DNA from: Podospora anserina
Taxonomy: Eukaryota
Direction: 5' to 3'
DNA: 64,000 bases
Assembly: GCA_017654855.1 (NCBI GenBank)
Contig: CM030338.1
Span: forward strand, 2,542,001-2,606,000
The translations under genes and the position numbers were made by a program. Of this stretch, positions 1 to 11,229 are shown piece by piece. The number at the start of each line of letters is the position of its first letter. The stretch's first letter is position 1. Under the pieces are notes generated by a model, which did not search any database, was not told the origin of the DNA, and was given only the letters and a program-made list of their open reading frames with translations.

Positions 1-728
1 AGGTGGGTGGGTTGGTGAGGGAGTTGGCGGAGTTTTATGCGCAGGCGTATCGTTATGGTGGGTGTGGTGGTGAACGGAGAGGGAAGGTTGGGGGGAGTTT
101 GGAGGGGCGGTTGGTGATGTTGAGCGAGGGACTCCCTGCTCGTTTCCGACCGTTTGTGTCTCCTGTTCTTGGAGAGCTTTCTGGGATTGTTGAGCTTCCT
201 TGGGTGCTTACACATGGGGATTTTAGCGCGGATAATGTTATGGTGAGGTTGGAGAGCGCTGAGAAACGGAAGGAAAGGGGTAAAGGGAGGTCGAGGGGTG
301 GTGAGAAGTCGAAGCGGGAGTTGAGGTTGAAGGCTGTGATTGACTGGGCCGAGGCTGAGTTTTTGCCGTTTGGGACGGGGTTGTATGGGTTGGAGAGTAT
401 ACTGGGACATCTTGATCGGCTGAACACGTCTAATGTAGAAGAAGTAGGAGGGAGGTCTCGATTAAGAGAGATATTCTGGTCTGAGTTAGCAAGTCTGATA
501 CCCCAACTGAAGGCAGATGAGAAATTCTACGAGAGGGTGAAATTGGCCGGTTTGATGGGCGTGCTATTTTGGCATGGGATAGCATTCGACAACGGGGCAC
601 TTGACCGGGTTGTTGAGGAGGGGAGGGATGATGAGGAGATTGGGCTGTTGGATGAGATTTTGTTTGGTGAGGGGAGTGAAGACTTTGCCGAGTTAAAAAG
701 CAAAAGAGTCGAAAACTCCAAAAAATGA
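1..728 (+). CDS. Aminoglycoside phosphotransferase (APH)/choline-kinase-like protein, 3' part (5' end lies outside the window)
   Basis: ORF has the APH-family motifs 'LPWVLTHGDFSADNVMV' (Brenner HGDxxxxN) and 'AVIDWAEAEFLPFG'. Confidence 0.75.
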   Translation, partial: VGGLVRELAEFYAQAYRYGGCGGERRGKVGGSLEGRLVMLSEGLPARFRPFVSPVLGELSGIVELPWVLTHGDFSADNVMVRLESAEKRKERGKGRSRGGEKSKRELRLKAVIDWAEAEFLPFGTGLYGLESILGHLDRLNTSNVEEVGGRSRLREIFWSELASLIPQLKADEKFYERVKLAGLMGVLFWHGIAFDNGALDRVVEEGRDDEEIGLLDEILFGEGSEDFAELKSKRVENSKK

Positions 729-809
729 ACCCGCAACCTCAGTCCTCAGAGCAGGGAGGTACAGCACGAGCCACATTATATTGTGGTTAAAACCACTGCG
801 CCAACTCAC
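720..809 (-). ncRNA. Candidate ~90-nt Pol III-type small RNA or truncated tRNA-derived element
   Basis: Minus strand has a perfect A-box TGGCGCAGTGG (803-793), the tRNA-like tail GAGGTTGCGGGTTCA, then T6 (725-720). The 5' and 3' ends can pair. No canonical cloverleaf. Confidence 0.4.
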
Positions 810-1110
810 ATCCTATTGAATGTTGCGATACTTGGAGGGGCAGAAAGGGAGCCTATATGCTACTGATGAGAGTGATGGGTTGCTCTTGCCGATTTAGGGG
901 AGGCATGTGAAATGGGAAGGAGCGACCTGGGTGCTCCTCCCTTGACGGGACACAGGGTCACGCGGCTACCGAGGAATCCCCTCTTTTCCACCACCCCATC
1001 AGTTCTGTTTTTGTGGTAGTGGCCTCACCTCCTTCTATGCTTACTAGTACTTCAACATCCCTATACACCTAAAACCGACCGTTCTACCTAACTCTTTATG
1101 ATAATAGGCC

Positions 1111-3181
1111 ATGTCACCCGCTTCCCAACCAATTCAAATCACCAAAAAACGCCTGGTCATCTGCTGTGATGGCACGTGGATGAACAGTGACACGGGCTAC
1201 AGGAAATCATCCTACCGGAACCCTATTGGAAAAACGGCTGTTCCGTCCAATGTCACCCGTCTCTCCCGGTCTTTACGTCGGTCATGTACAGATGGAACTC
1301 TTCAGGTCATTGATTATCACTCCGGAATTGGCTTAAGTGGCAGTTTCGCAGATGTTTTATCCGGCGGTGCTTTTGGCTTGAGCATCTTTGAGGTGTGCCT
1401 CAGTCAAAGTACTGAAGCAGTCCGCACATGCTTACAGAGTTTCAGAATATCCGGTCAGCCTACTCCTTCATATGTGCCAACTATACCGATGGTGATGAGA
1501 TCATCCTTGTGGGCTTCTCACGGGGAGCCTTTACCGCAAGGTCAGCTGCGGCAATGGTCTCGGATCTAGGGCTCCTGACCCGCGAAGGCATGGAGTATTT
1601 CTACCCCATCTACAAGGACAGGCGGCATTGGCGGGATACCAAATATAAGGATCCTTTTCCGGATACACCGTTTAGTGATAAGCCCAAAGGGGATGATGCT
1701 TCACGGAAGTATCGAGAGATGCTTGTCGAGGTAGGCTTGTTCTCTCTATTTTTGTTCATGAGTGCTAAGTTACAATGATTAGAAGGGTCTCACACGCATC
1801 CATCAGAACCATGAGAACAGGTCACTGATCAAAGTGAGGGCTGTTGGTATGTATACTTGTCCCAATCATCAAAGGGTATAGTTTGTTGCGGTGGACGTGA
1901 TACTCACGCTCAAATAGCCGTGTAGGACACTATTGGAAGCTTGGGAATACCCCATTCAACCGCCGAATTTCGCTTACTTGACACTGACTTGTCAGATCGT
2001 ATCGAGTATGCCTTTCATGCACTTGCCCTCGATGAACACAGGTCCTCATTTATACCTACAGTGTGGGAGCGCACCGTTGATAACCTGGGTGCCACAGACT
2101 TACGCCAGGTTTGGTTTCCAGGCAATCATGGAAATGTAGGCGGGGCCTGGAAAGATGCCGGAATGTCCGACATTACTTTGGCTTGTGAGTGCGATTTCTT
2201 ACAACTATCAATCCTCACTAACATCCTCCAGGGATGATGGATCAGCTTGCGTCCATTGGCGTCGAGTTTGATGAGGCAGTCATCATGCGCCTTTTTGACC
2301 AGCTTGAACACTCTTACCGCGACATGGCTGAGAAAGACCCCAAGTGTACGCATGCACAGAAGCACCCGAGACCAAGCAGGCCGTTGATAGAAGTCGAACC
2401 ACCTCCAATAGAGTCGAACAATCTCCCAGAATGGGTGCGATTCCGACTGCGAAGTCTTTCAACGGCAACCGATACTGGGAAGAAGATCATCGGCGAGAAG
2501 CACTGGGCCATCAAGCCCATCTGCGCAAGAAATATCCCCCTTCGACCCTGGGCGCTCGGCGCAATTCGCGGTTCCAAGGCTGCCGGATCCAAAGTTCGCT
2601 CACCATGCGCCTATAAGAAGAGAGATCCTATCACCGGAAAAAAGACCAAAGACTTCCTCGAGGATACCAACGAGCGGATGCATAGCTCTGTGCGTGTCCG
2701 TCTCGCGTTAGAGGGGCTTGGGCTCAACGACAAAGGTGTCTGGGAAGCTCCGGCACTGAAAGGGAAATGGGCCTTGCGAAAGACCACTCGAGAATTTTTG
2801 GATCCCATCCCCAAAACTGTGACATCCTGGGAGAAAAGTACCGCATCAGCTGCAACAACATCCTGGAAGAAGAAGCTGGACCTGTCCAACAATCAGACTG
2901 CACACAAACAAGATGACGACGAGTCGCTGGCTGCTTCAAATGCCGCAACGTTAGTAGAGACGGCAGTTGAGCAGCAGCGCCCGTTGCAGGCGATGGATAA
3001 CAAGGGTTACAGGTGGGTTTGGGAGTATTGTGGCAATGCGAAGGATGCACCACCCCAGAAGGTGATGGTAGAGGAGCAGCTGGGGCCGTTTGAAAGACAG
3101 TTGCTGAGATTGTTAGGGGGTGTGCCAAATGTGTATGAGTTCGCCGAGACGGTGGAGCGGATGGATGGGAGGAAGGTGTAA
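1111..3181 (+). CDS. DUF2235 / Tle1-like alpha/beta hydrolase, 5 exons (1111-1392, 1446-1730, 1783-1846, 1918-2184, 2232-3181), with one in-frame TAG at 1923-1925
   Basis: Motifs KRLVICCDGTW, SNVTRL, GFSRGAFTAR, V*DTIGSLGIP, AFHALALDEHR, QVWFPGNHGNVGG and LAWMMDQL. All four GT-AG introns have branch sites and consistent phases. Confidence 0.88.
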
Positions 3182-3476
3182 ATGTGGGGCAGTAACGCCA
3201 AGCAAAGATAGGGGGTAGCCCTGGTTGCTGGGTGAAGGAAAAGGAATATGTCAACAAACATCACTTTGCTCAACGTGATGGATGTAAAGATAGAATGGCA
3301 ATGGGTGAGAGTGTGTAGCAAGGTATCGCTGCAGTAAAAACAAAGTTATGTGTATCATCCATCTATGCCCGCTGCGCGCCAAGAATGAGATGCAAAGATC
3401 CTCGGCTTTGGTTCACAGAAACTCTAGCTTTTCCTCTGCAAGTCTCTATAGTTACTTCATCCTCCTCTCAGCCCAT

Positions 3477-4110
3477 TCAAAGCGGTCTTGATCTGCATCT
3501 TGAAGAGCTTTTCTGGTCTGTCTCTTGATCAGACTTGGTTTGTACTTTTTTGGCTGCTTCGATATGAGCTACCAGACGGGTTTGCTTTGTCTGCGCCGAG
3601 CTTTGCTTGCACGGGCGACTGGCGTGAGTAACCTCGGAGTTTGAGTCTCTCTGGGGAGGAATCTTTGGCTGACAAGGCTGTGTAGGTGGGCTTGGGTCTG
3701 GCGAGGCTTGGGTGGTGTTGGCTGGTAGTGAGAGGGTACTGTAAGCTGGTGGTGAGAGGGTGCTGTAAGCTGGTGGTGGGGTCAATCGTGGGCCCAGTGG
3801 TGGACTTGGTGATGGGCTCAATGATGATGCGCTGTATGATGTGCTCGATGTTGATGTGCTCCATGATGCGCTGTATGATGCGCGCGATCGTGTGCTCGAT
3901 GATGTGGTCTGTGATGTACCCGATGGTATGCTCCGTGATGAGCTCGATGGTATGCTCGATGATGCGCTCAATGATGCGCTCGATAATGCGCTCGATGTCG
4001 TGGGCTCGGGATCATATGAATCCTCGATAGGCTGTACAACTCTTGGCAGGGAGTTGCAAGGAGATGTCCTTGTTGTATTTCTCCTGAACCGCCAGATCTG
4101 TCGGTTGATG
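3477..4110 (-). CDS. Possible Ser-rich orphan ORF with two PPAY motifs; start not resolved
   Basis: Open frame ...SASSSIPSSSSRS...PPPAYSTLSPPAYSTLS.... No in-frame ATG found and no recognisable domain. Confidence 0.25.
3815..3997. repeat. Degenerate 12-bp tandem repeat (consensus ~GATGATGCGCTC)
   Basis: Repeated units gatgatgcgctc / gatggtatgctc / gatgatgtggtc / aatgatgcgctc. A separate 24-bp duplication lies at about 3725-3777. Confidence 0.8.
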
Positions 4111-4734
4111 GCAGCATTACTCTATGAAGTCTACGACGGAAAAGCCCATTGGGAGACTTGGGACTGGGACGTGTGGAGGAGTTGAACAAAGGGATGTCCA
4201 TGGCAGTGGTTTATGATATTTCTACTGAGTTACACGTAGCTGGTAGCCTGGCATGGGGAAAATAAATGGTATAAAGACACTGGAAACTGACTGCCTTCTT
4301 AGGTCTCGTGGCTTTCAGGACATGAAGTTGGCAGCGGGAAATCAGGAAGCAAGTACTTTCCAGTCCTCTCTTATGGCAGTGACACGCTGTTGGCAAAAGT
4401 TCAGGCACATGAAGTAAGTGGGTAGCAAATCAAGACATTCTGTCATCAAGACCTTCTTCTATTTCGACATTATCATATACTTCACCTCACCTCACTAACA
4501 GAAACCATCAAATTCCCCAAACTACCAGGAACAAGAAATCTCGTCCTCAATCACAAGATTCAATCCCCATCACCTCTCAGGTCACAATTTAAGCTCCACG
4601 GAACTCCCGTCAAGACAACGCCTCTTTACGGCCCTACAGACCCAGCCAGCTGCCAACCCGAGCCACCGCCAGTACGTCAGGACCCAACACAGACAGAGAC
4701 TATTTGACTTGAAATTCGGGCGCACACATCCGTG

Positions 4735-4808
4735 GCGTGCGTAGTATAGCGGTATTACATTCTGCTCGCCGAGCGAAGGACTTAGGTTCGAATCCTGACC
4801 ACTCACCA
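4735..4808 (+). tRNA. Non-canonical tRNA-like gene or tRNA pseudogene (possible GCC anticodon, Gly)
   Basis: A-box TAGTATAGCGG (4742-4752), intact T-arm TTAGG-TTCGAAT-CCTGA (4782-4798) and a downstream T7 tract near 4838-4844. Acceptor and anticodon stems pair only with bulges. Confidence 0.6.
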
Positions 4809-6261
4809 GAATAGCGTATTTGGCTTCCAGCGTTTGCATTTTTTTGGACTTAGAATTGTCTGTGGCAATTATTTTTCTTTTCAGATAATAGACATCATTC
4901 ACCGCCAGGTTCCAATTTCTGTTGCAGTTACAATTGATCTATGGAGGTAATTGAGGGTTAGGAGCATGAAGAGACAGACATGTAGCGTTTCTTGACCAGG
5001 TACATAATGATGTTTAACATCAAAGGCACAGTGACTATATTACTGAATCCCAATGAATAGTTTCTTTCCTTGAATTTGAACTTTACACCAGACTCTCAGG
5101 AGGAGGCCATCATTGTGAGAATAACAAAGGGTTATTCACAAGACATTCACATTCATAATATATTACTGGCAGCGGTGTCAACCATCGAGAAAAACATCAC
5201 GATTAGCAAACACTTCAACAGAAGAAGACTTATCCTTCTATCTGAAGATTGCCAAGTTTGCCATCCTTTTATTTTTCAGTTCTTAAACAACCGTATATGC
5301 TACAGGAAAATAATCGCTCTACCCACGAGATACTTACACACGAAACCACCTGCCCGACATCAAGTCAGATAATTTTCCCAATCTCCTAGGTATTTACACG
5401 ATATAGAACCAAAACCTGTACTGTCTGTTCCTTTCCCTCACTGGACGACGACAAGTCTTCACCACCCTCTGGTCCATTTGCCTGAACTCTTCAGAAAGTT
5501 CGGACTTGCTTCACATCTACACCCGCATGTAGCGCTTGGGGGGTGATGGGGGAGGCTGGCCGTTTTGCAATGGACAATCCAGCGTCGGTGACTGGAAAGG
5601 TGGAGCGTTGTCGCGCTTTCTTGGGTGCTACCGAGGCAGAGTATGGTTGTAGGTGGCTTGAAGAACAGGTCGGGAGACATGCCTCAGTGTAGTCCTTGTG
5701 GTCGTCCTCATCTCCACTGGGTGATTCGCCGATGAAACTGGCTCGCTGAGTTTGCCACCAAACCGTCTTGGGTTTGCCATCGAGGTCTGTGAATAGAGTC
5801 CGGTTTGGGGGAAGTCCTCAAAGGCAATAAGGTTGGTAAGCAAGAGGCAGAAAGGGAAGACCTCTATTAGGATCGAATGTAAGCGCCCAAGCCACCTAAA
5901 AGGTATCATGAATAGGCGGGGATGGTATGCCCAGCGCCGTGGGCAGGACACTCTTGAACATGTACAGACGAGTAGTTTATCGCGAGGGCATGGGTGTTAT
6001 GTGAGGTAAGGTTGATTGAAATCTTTTTTCGTGTAGAGGTATTGTGGCATGAGTATATATAACATGGTGTCTTGCAGAAGATAGAGAGAAACATTGGAAG
6101 GATCCTTGATAGTTTTATACCCAAAGGTCGAAGAGCTTGCGCCACGTAACTTCTCGTCACGACACCATTCCTTCGCGATGACGATAATGAGGAGCCAGAA
6201 CGTGATAGAAATTGGCACAACAAGAATCATTGCTGTATTGGATTGAGTAACATCTTCCAGC

Positions 6262-7442
6262 CTATCCGCGACCCAGATACCCATCCTCAAATGCTGTGCC
6301 TTGTCAGTCACATTTTCATCATCGACACAGAGAACAAAAGACTCACCACCTGGGAGCCCAGCCGCAGCGTACATGACCAACGAAATTGGCTTCAAATCCT
6401 CATCTGTCGAACCCTCCAAGTATCGCTGCCAAAACTCCAGCACCCCCTTCACACTCTCCTTCAGCTCCGCATCAGCTCCGCACCCATAACACCTCAACCC
6501 CAAACAGGCTCCAAACTCCCGGAAAGCCAACCTCCTATTCGCGTCCCTGCTCGCGACCCCCCTCTTCCCATCCAGGAGTATCTTCCCCACCTCCAAACTC
6601 TGACTACCCAAAGTCCTGGCCCAATCCTCATCACGGAAGAAATGGCATATCCACAACCCCATCCCCAAGTCCAAACAGTCATTACTCACCCTCATCTTCC
6701 CCTCCCTCCCCATCAAAAGCCGGTAATCCGCAATCTCTGACACCAAATCCCCCGGTGGGCCATGCATGTACTCGGCCGTTCTCTGCAAAAGCCTATAAAC
6801 GACAAACCCCGTCGCGGCATCAAGATGTCCCTCCGTGGGAACCGACACCCGCGACAAATCAGTAGACATCTTCCACACCATCCTCTCTGCATGATGATTG
6901 TTCCTGTTCCTGACGATAAACTTGTTGTGCACCGCCTTGGCAAGCTGAACAGCCAGTAAACTCCACTGTTTATCCCCCGTCGCCAAGGCCAGCCTGTTGA
7001 GCGCAAACATCCATAATGTCAGGTAGTGGTGATACTGCCCGTCGCCATCACGTGGGTCTTCTTCCTCAGAGTGGAGTTTTCCTATCCGGAGACCGCCCTT
7101 TAGGGGTTCTGCGTCTGTAGCACCGGGGAGACGGGAGGATAGGTCCCGGGTGCGGCCTAGGGTTTCGTGGACGGTGGTGACGAGTCTTTTGGCAAGGGTT
7201 AGGTAAGGAGGACAAGAGAGCTCTTTGGATAAGGTGATGAAGTTGACTACGCCAAAGGCATCGGTCCAGAGGTAACGGCCTAGGTGACCGGCTGCGCCCG
7301 GGGAGGAGGGGGGCGTCCACGACAAGGCGGAAGCTTCTGGGTCCGGGGAGGAGAGGATGTTGTCAAAGGGGCCGTAGACTATGGAGAGGGCTTCTTTGAA
7401 GCGGCGGATGCGCTCATTGGGGGTTGGGATGGGCATTGTCAT
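6262..7442 (-). CDS. Conserved hypothetical protein, possibly alpha/alpha-barrel (six-hairpin glycosidase-like); exons 7442-6347 and 6293-6262
   Basis: Long ORF with conserved-looking blocks GRYLWTDAFGV, DGDGQYHHYLTLWMFALNRL and RLAFREFG. A GTGAGT..CTGAC..CAG intron (6346-6294) gives the C-terminus PGAFEDGYLGRG*. The fold assignment is inference. Confidence 0.75.
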
Positions 7443-8041
7443 GGTGGGCCTTTTGCTGTTGCGGTGATACTTGGAAATGTGATGGCTGGGAATGAGAATA
7501 TGGCGTTTGACACTGAGTTTGGTGGTGATAGTTCTAGAAATGGAAGAATAACGGTTCATCCACTTGGATTTCCAGATAGAGGGAACACAACGTCACAGTA
7601 TCTCTACCTAGAAAAAGTGTCTCGGAGAGGTCGGTTCAGACTGGGCCCTGGGACTCGAGTTAGATGACCAGTATACGATAATTGCACGGATAGAGCCGAG
7701 TGATCATCCTGTTGAAGAGGAAAATGGTGTGTTTGGAAGGGTTTGGTTGCTGTGAGGGCAGGGACCATCTTGCAGCCATCTCAACGGAAGCCAGAGCATT
7801 GTGAACGTCAACGGAGTCTGAGAGGTCTGCTTGTGCGCTGGATCGGACCCCCACATGTCGTCACTCATCTGTCGTTGTCGTTGAAGAAAGCGTTGACCCA
7901 AGCTTAAAGAGTGCCAAGGGAAAGCCAAGATGGGAGCTGAGTTGTGGATGGGACTAGTCTTTATTTGTACTAGTCATCAAAGTGGAGGTCTCATTGGTCG
8001 ATCGCTGCCCCACTACCAGGTGCTACCCCGCGCAGGATGCC

Positions 8042-8061
8042 TGAACATTCGAGGGGCTTCT
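8042..8061 (+). promoter_or_regulatory. Gap-type heat shock element with an embedded STRE, upstream of HSP104
   Basis: tGAAc aTTCg AGGGG cTTCt matches nGAAn nTTCn (5 bp) nTTCn, and the 5-bp gap is AGGGG. It lies about 400 bp upstream of the HSP104 ATG. Confidence 0.6.
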
Positions 8062-8448
8062 GGGGCCAGGATTCTCAAGAGCTCTGGCAGGCTCTCGCAG
8101 CTTCCTGTGCCATCATACCACATCTCGCTGCTTCGCCCTCGGGCACCAAGTGCTTACTTACACTTCTCCCAGTCTCTCCACTCGCTGCCCAAGATAAATT
8201 CTTCGCCTGTGGTGTTACCTCTCTTCTTTGTTCCCTCCATTGACTGAACCAAAACAAACAACAAACTGTTGACAACGATACCCATAACAACCAACAAAAT
8301 CATCTGCTACTATTTTCAGCAGCACAACGATTTGAAGCCTGACGTCACACTCCAAGCTTCACCACATCGTCTACCTCATATAATATCACCACTTCGAACA
8401 ACCACCACTCAGTTCCCGAGACGCTCTGTCTCAAAAGTCTAATTCACA

Positions 8449-11229
8449 ATGAACTCGAAAATGGAGTTTACCGACCGAGCCAAGAAGGCGTTGGAGGACG
8501 CCATGGCCCTCGCCGAACAGTACGCACACTCACAGCTGCTGCCAGTACACTTGGCAGTCGCCCTACTCGATCCCCTCCCCGACCAGAGCAAAGATCTTCA
8601 GAACGCACCACCAGGGACGACACAAACCCTCCTACGACAAGTCGTTGAGCGCGCCCATGGCGATCCCCAGCTCTTCGACCGTGCTCTCAAGAAGATGCTC
8701 GTCCGCCTGCCGAGCCAAGACCCCCCACCAGAGTCGGTCTCGATGGCGCCCTCGTTCAACAATGTCCTTCGCAAGGCCATGGAGCTGCAAAAGGTGCAGA
8801 AGGATACCTACATAGCGGTAGACCATCTCATCCAAGCCCTCTCAGAAGATGTGTCGATCCAGGGTGCCCTCAAGGAGGCCAACATCCCCAAGCCAAAACT
8901 AGTGCAGGAGGCTGTGCAGCAAATCCGCGGCACCAAGCGTGTCGATTCTCGCAATGCCGACACAGAGCAGGAGAACGAGAATCTCGCCAAATTCACCATC
9001 GACATGACCGCCATGGCCAGAGAGGGTAAGATTGATCCCGTCATTGGCCGTGAGGAAGAGATCCGCCGCGTCGTCCGCATTCTTTCTCGGCGCACAAAGA
9101 ACAACCCGGTGCTCATCGGTGAGCCCGGTGTGGGTAAGACGACCGTCGTCGAAGGTCTTGCCCAGCGGATTGTCAACAATGATGTCCCCGACAACCTTGC
9201 GGCCTGCAAGCTGCTCTCTCTGGATGTCGGTGCGCTGGTCGCAGGCAGCAAGTACAGAGGCGAGTTCGAGGAGCGTATGAAGGGTGTTTTGAAGGAAATT
9301 CAGGAGTCTAAGGAGATGATTGTCCTGTTTGTCGACGAGATCCACCTTCTCATGGGTGCTGGTTCATCTGGCGAGGGTGGCATGGATGCCGCCAACTTGC
9401 TCAAGCCCATGCTTGCCAGAGGCCAGCTTCACTGTATCGGCGCCACCACCTTGGCCGAGTACCGCAAGTACATTGAGAAGGATGCCGCTTTCGAGCGTCG
9501 TTTCCAGCAAGTCCTGGTCAAGGAGCCGACCATTCCCGAGACCATTTCCATTCTCCGTGGTCTCAAGGAGAAGTACGAAGTCCACCACGGTGTCAACATT
9601 GCCGATGCCGCCATCGTGGCCTCCGCCAACCTAGCTGCTCGGTACCTCACATCTCGCAGACTCCCCGATTCGGCCGTTGATCTGATCGACGAGGCTGCCG
9701 CTGCAGTTCGCGTAGCCCGCGAGTCTCAGCCGGAAATTATCGACTCCCTTGAGCGCCGGCTACGCCAACTCAAGATTGAAATTCACGCTTTGTCTCGTGA
9801 GAAGGACGAGGCTTCCAAGACCCGACTCGCTCAGGCCCGCCAGGATGCCGAGAACGTTGAGGAGGAGTTGAGACCACTTCGTGAGAAGTACGAGAGAGAG
9901 CGCCAGCGCGGTAAAGACATTCAGGAGGCCAAGTTGAAGTTGGAGGCTCTTCGTGTCAAGGCCGAGGATGCCAGCAGAGTGGGAGACCACAGCCGTGCTG
10001 CCGATCTTCAGTACTACGCCATCCCCGAGCAAGAGGCTGTCATCCGGCGCCTTGAGAAGGAGAAAGCTGCCGCTGACGCTGCCCTGAATGCCAACGGCGG
10101 TGACTCTGGTGGTTCCATGATCACGGATGTCGTCGGACCAGACCAAATCAACGAAATCGTCGCCCGCTGGACCGGTATTCCCGTCACCCGCCTCAAGACC
10201 ACCGAGCGGGAGAAGCTTCTGCACATGGAGAAGGCTCTCGGCAAGATTGTCGTCGGTCAAAAAGAAGCTGTCCAGTCCGTGTCCAACGCCATCCGTCTGC
10301 AGCGCTCAGGTCTGGCCAACCCCAACCAGCCTCCTAGCTTCCTGTTCTGCGGCCCCTCCGGTACCGGTAAGACGCTTCTCACCAAGGCGCTTGCCGAGTT
10401 CCTGTTCGACGATCCGAAGTCAATGATCCGCTTCGATATGTCCGAGTACCAGGAGCGTCACTCCCTGAGCCGCATGATTGGTGCTCCTCCCGGCTACGTT
10501 GGTCACGACTCTGGTGGCCAGCTGACCGAGGCCCTTCGTCGCAAGCCCTTCTCCATCCTCCTCTTTGACGAGGTTGAGAAGGCTGCCAAGGAAGTTTTGA
10601 CGGTTCTCCTTCAGCTCATGGACGATGGTCGCATCACCGACGGCCAAGGCCGTGTCGTTGATGCCAAGAACTGCATCGTTGTCATGACTTCTAACTTGGG
10701 TGCCGAGTACCTCGCTCGGCCCAACGGCAAGGACGGCAAGATTGATCCCACCACTCGAGAGCTCGTCATGAATGCTCTCCGCAACTACTTCCTTCCCGAG
10801 TTCCTCAACCGTATTAACTCGATTGTCATCTTCAACCGTCTCACCCGCAAGGAGATTCGCCGCATTGTCGACCTGCGGATTAGCGAAATCCAGAAGCGTC
10901 TCAGCGACAACGACCGCAACGTCATCATCAAGGTGTCGGAGGCAGCCAAAGACAAGCTGGGTGCCCAGGGCTACTCGCCAGCCTATGGTGCCAGACCGCT
11001 GCAACGCCTGCTTGAGAAGGAGGTGCTCAACCGCATGGCTATCCTAATCCTGCGCGGCAGCATTCGTGACGGCGAAGTCGCTCGTGTCGATCTGGTGGAC
11101 AACAAGGTTACGGTTCTTCCCAACCACCAAGAGAGCGAGGCTTCTGACGAGGAGATGATGATTGACTCGGATGATGCTCTGGATGAGATTGCCCCCGATT
11201 CGATGGATGAAGATCTCTACAATGACTAG
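8449..11229 (+). CDS. HSP104: Hsp104/ClpB AAA+ disaggregase
   Basis: 926 aa, intronless. Two Walker A motifs ([16 protein letters not shown]), Walker B motifs ([15 protein letters not shown]), pore loops GSKYRGEFE and PPGYVG, middle coiled-coil and acidic tail. Confidence 0.98.
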   Translation: MNSKMEFTDRAKKALEDAMALAEQYAHSQLLPVHLAVALLDPLPDQSKDLQNAPPGTTQTLLRQVVERAHGDPQLFDRALKKMLVRLPSQDPPPESVSMAPSFNNVLRKAMELQKVQKDTYIAVDHLIQALSEDVSIQGALKEANIPKPKLVQEAVQQIRGTKRVDSRNADTEQENENLAKFTIDMTAMAREGKIDPVIGREEEIRRVVRILSRRTKNNPVLIGEPGVGKTTVVEGLAQRIVNNDVPDNLAACKLLSLDVGALVAGSKYRGEFEERMKGVLKEIQESKEMIVLFVDEIHLLMGAGSSGEGGMDAANLLKPMLARGQLHCIGATTLAEYRKYIEKDAAFERRFQQVLVKEPTIPETISILRGLKEKYEVHHGVNIADAAIVASANLAARYLTSRRLPDSAVDLIDEAAAAVRVARESQPEIIDSLERRLRQLKIEIHALSREKDEASKTRLAQARQDAENVEEELRPLREKYERERQRGKDIQEAKLKLEALRVKAEDASRVGDHSRAADLQYYAIPEQEAVIRRLEKEKAAADAALNANGGDSGGSMITDVVGPDQINEIVARWTGIPVTRLKTTEREKLLHMEKALGKIVVGQKEAVQSVSNAIRLQRSGLANPNQPPSFLFCGPSGTGKTLLTKALAEFLFDDPKSMIRFDMSEYQERHSLSRMIGAPPGYVGHDSGGQLTEALRRKPFSILLFDEVEKAAKEVLTVLLQLMDDGRITDGQGRVVDAKNCIVVMTSNLGAEYLARPNGKDGKIDPTTRELVMNALRNYFLPEFLNRINSIVIFNRLTRKEIRRIVDLRISEIQKRLSDNDRNVIIKVSEAAKDKLGAQGYSPAYGARPLQRLLEKEVLNRMAILILRGSIRDGEVARVDLVDNKVTVLPNHQESEASDEEMMIDSDDALDEIAPDSMDEDLYND

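Noticed and set aside
4860-5420. AT-rich stretch resembling a RIP-mutated gene relic on the minus strand, with intron-like signals
   Set aside because: Stop density in the best frame is not clearly different from random AT-rich DNA and no domain is recognisable. It needs tBLASTx and a RIP index.
5997-6261. C-terminal extension of the 520-aa ORF with a hydrophobic segment
   Set aside because: Artefact of reading through an intron (6346-6294). The spliced gene stops at 6262.
8598-11047. Numerous antisense and alternate-frame ORFs inside HSP104, and similar ones inside MRH4, PLC, KSP1 and ARP8
   Set aside because: Expected shadow ORFs from strong C/G-ending codon bias.
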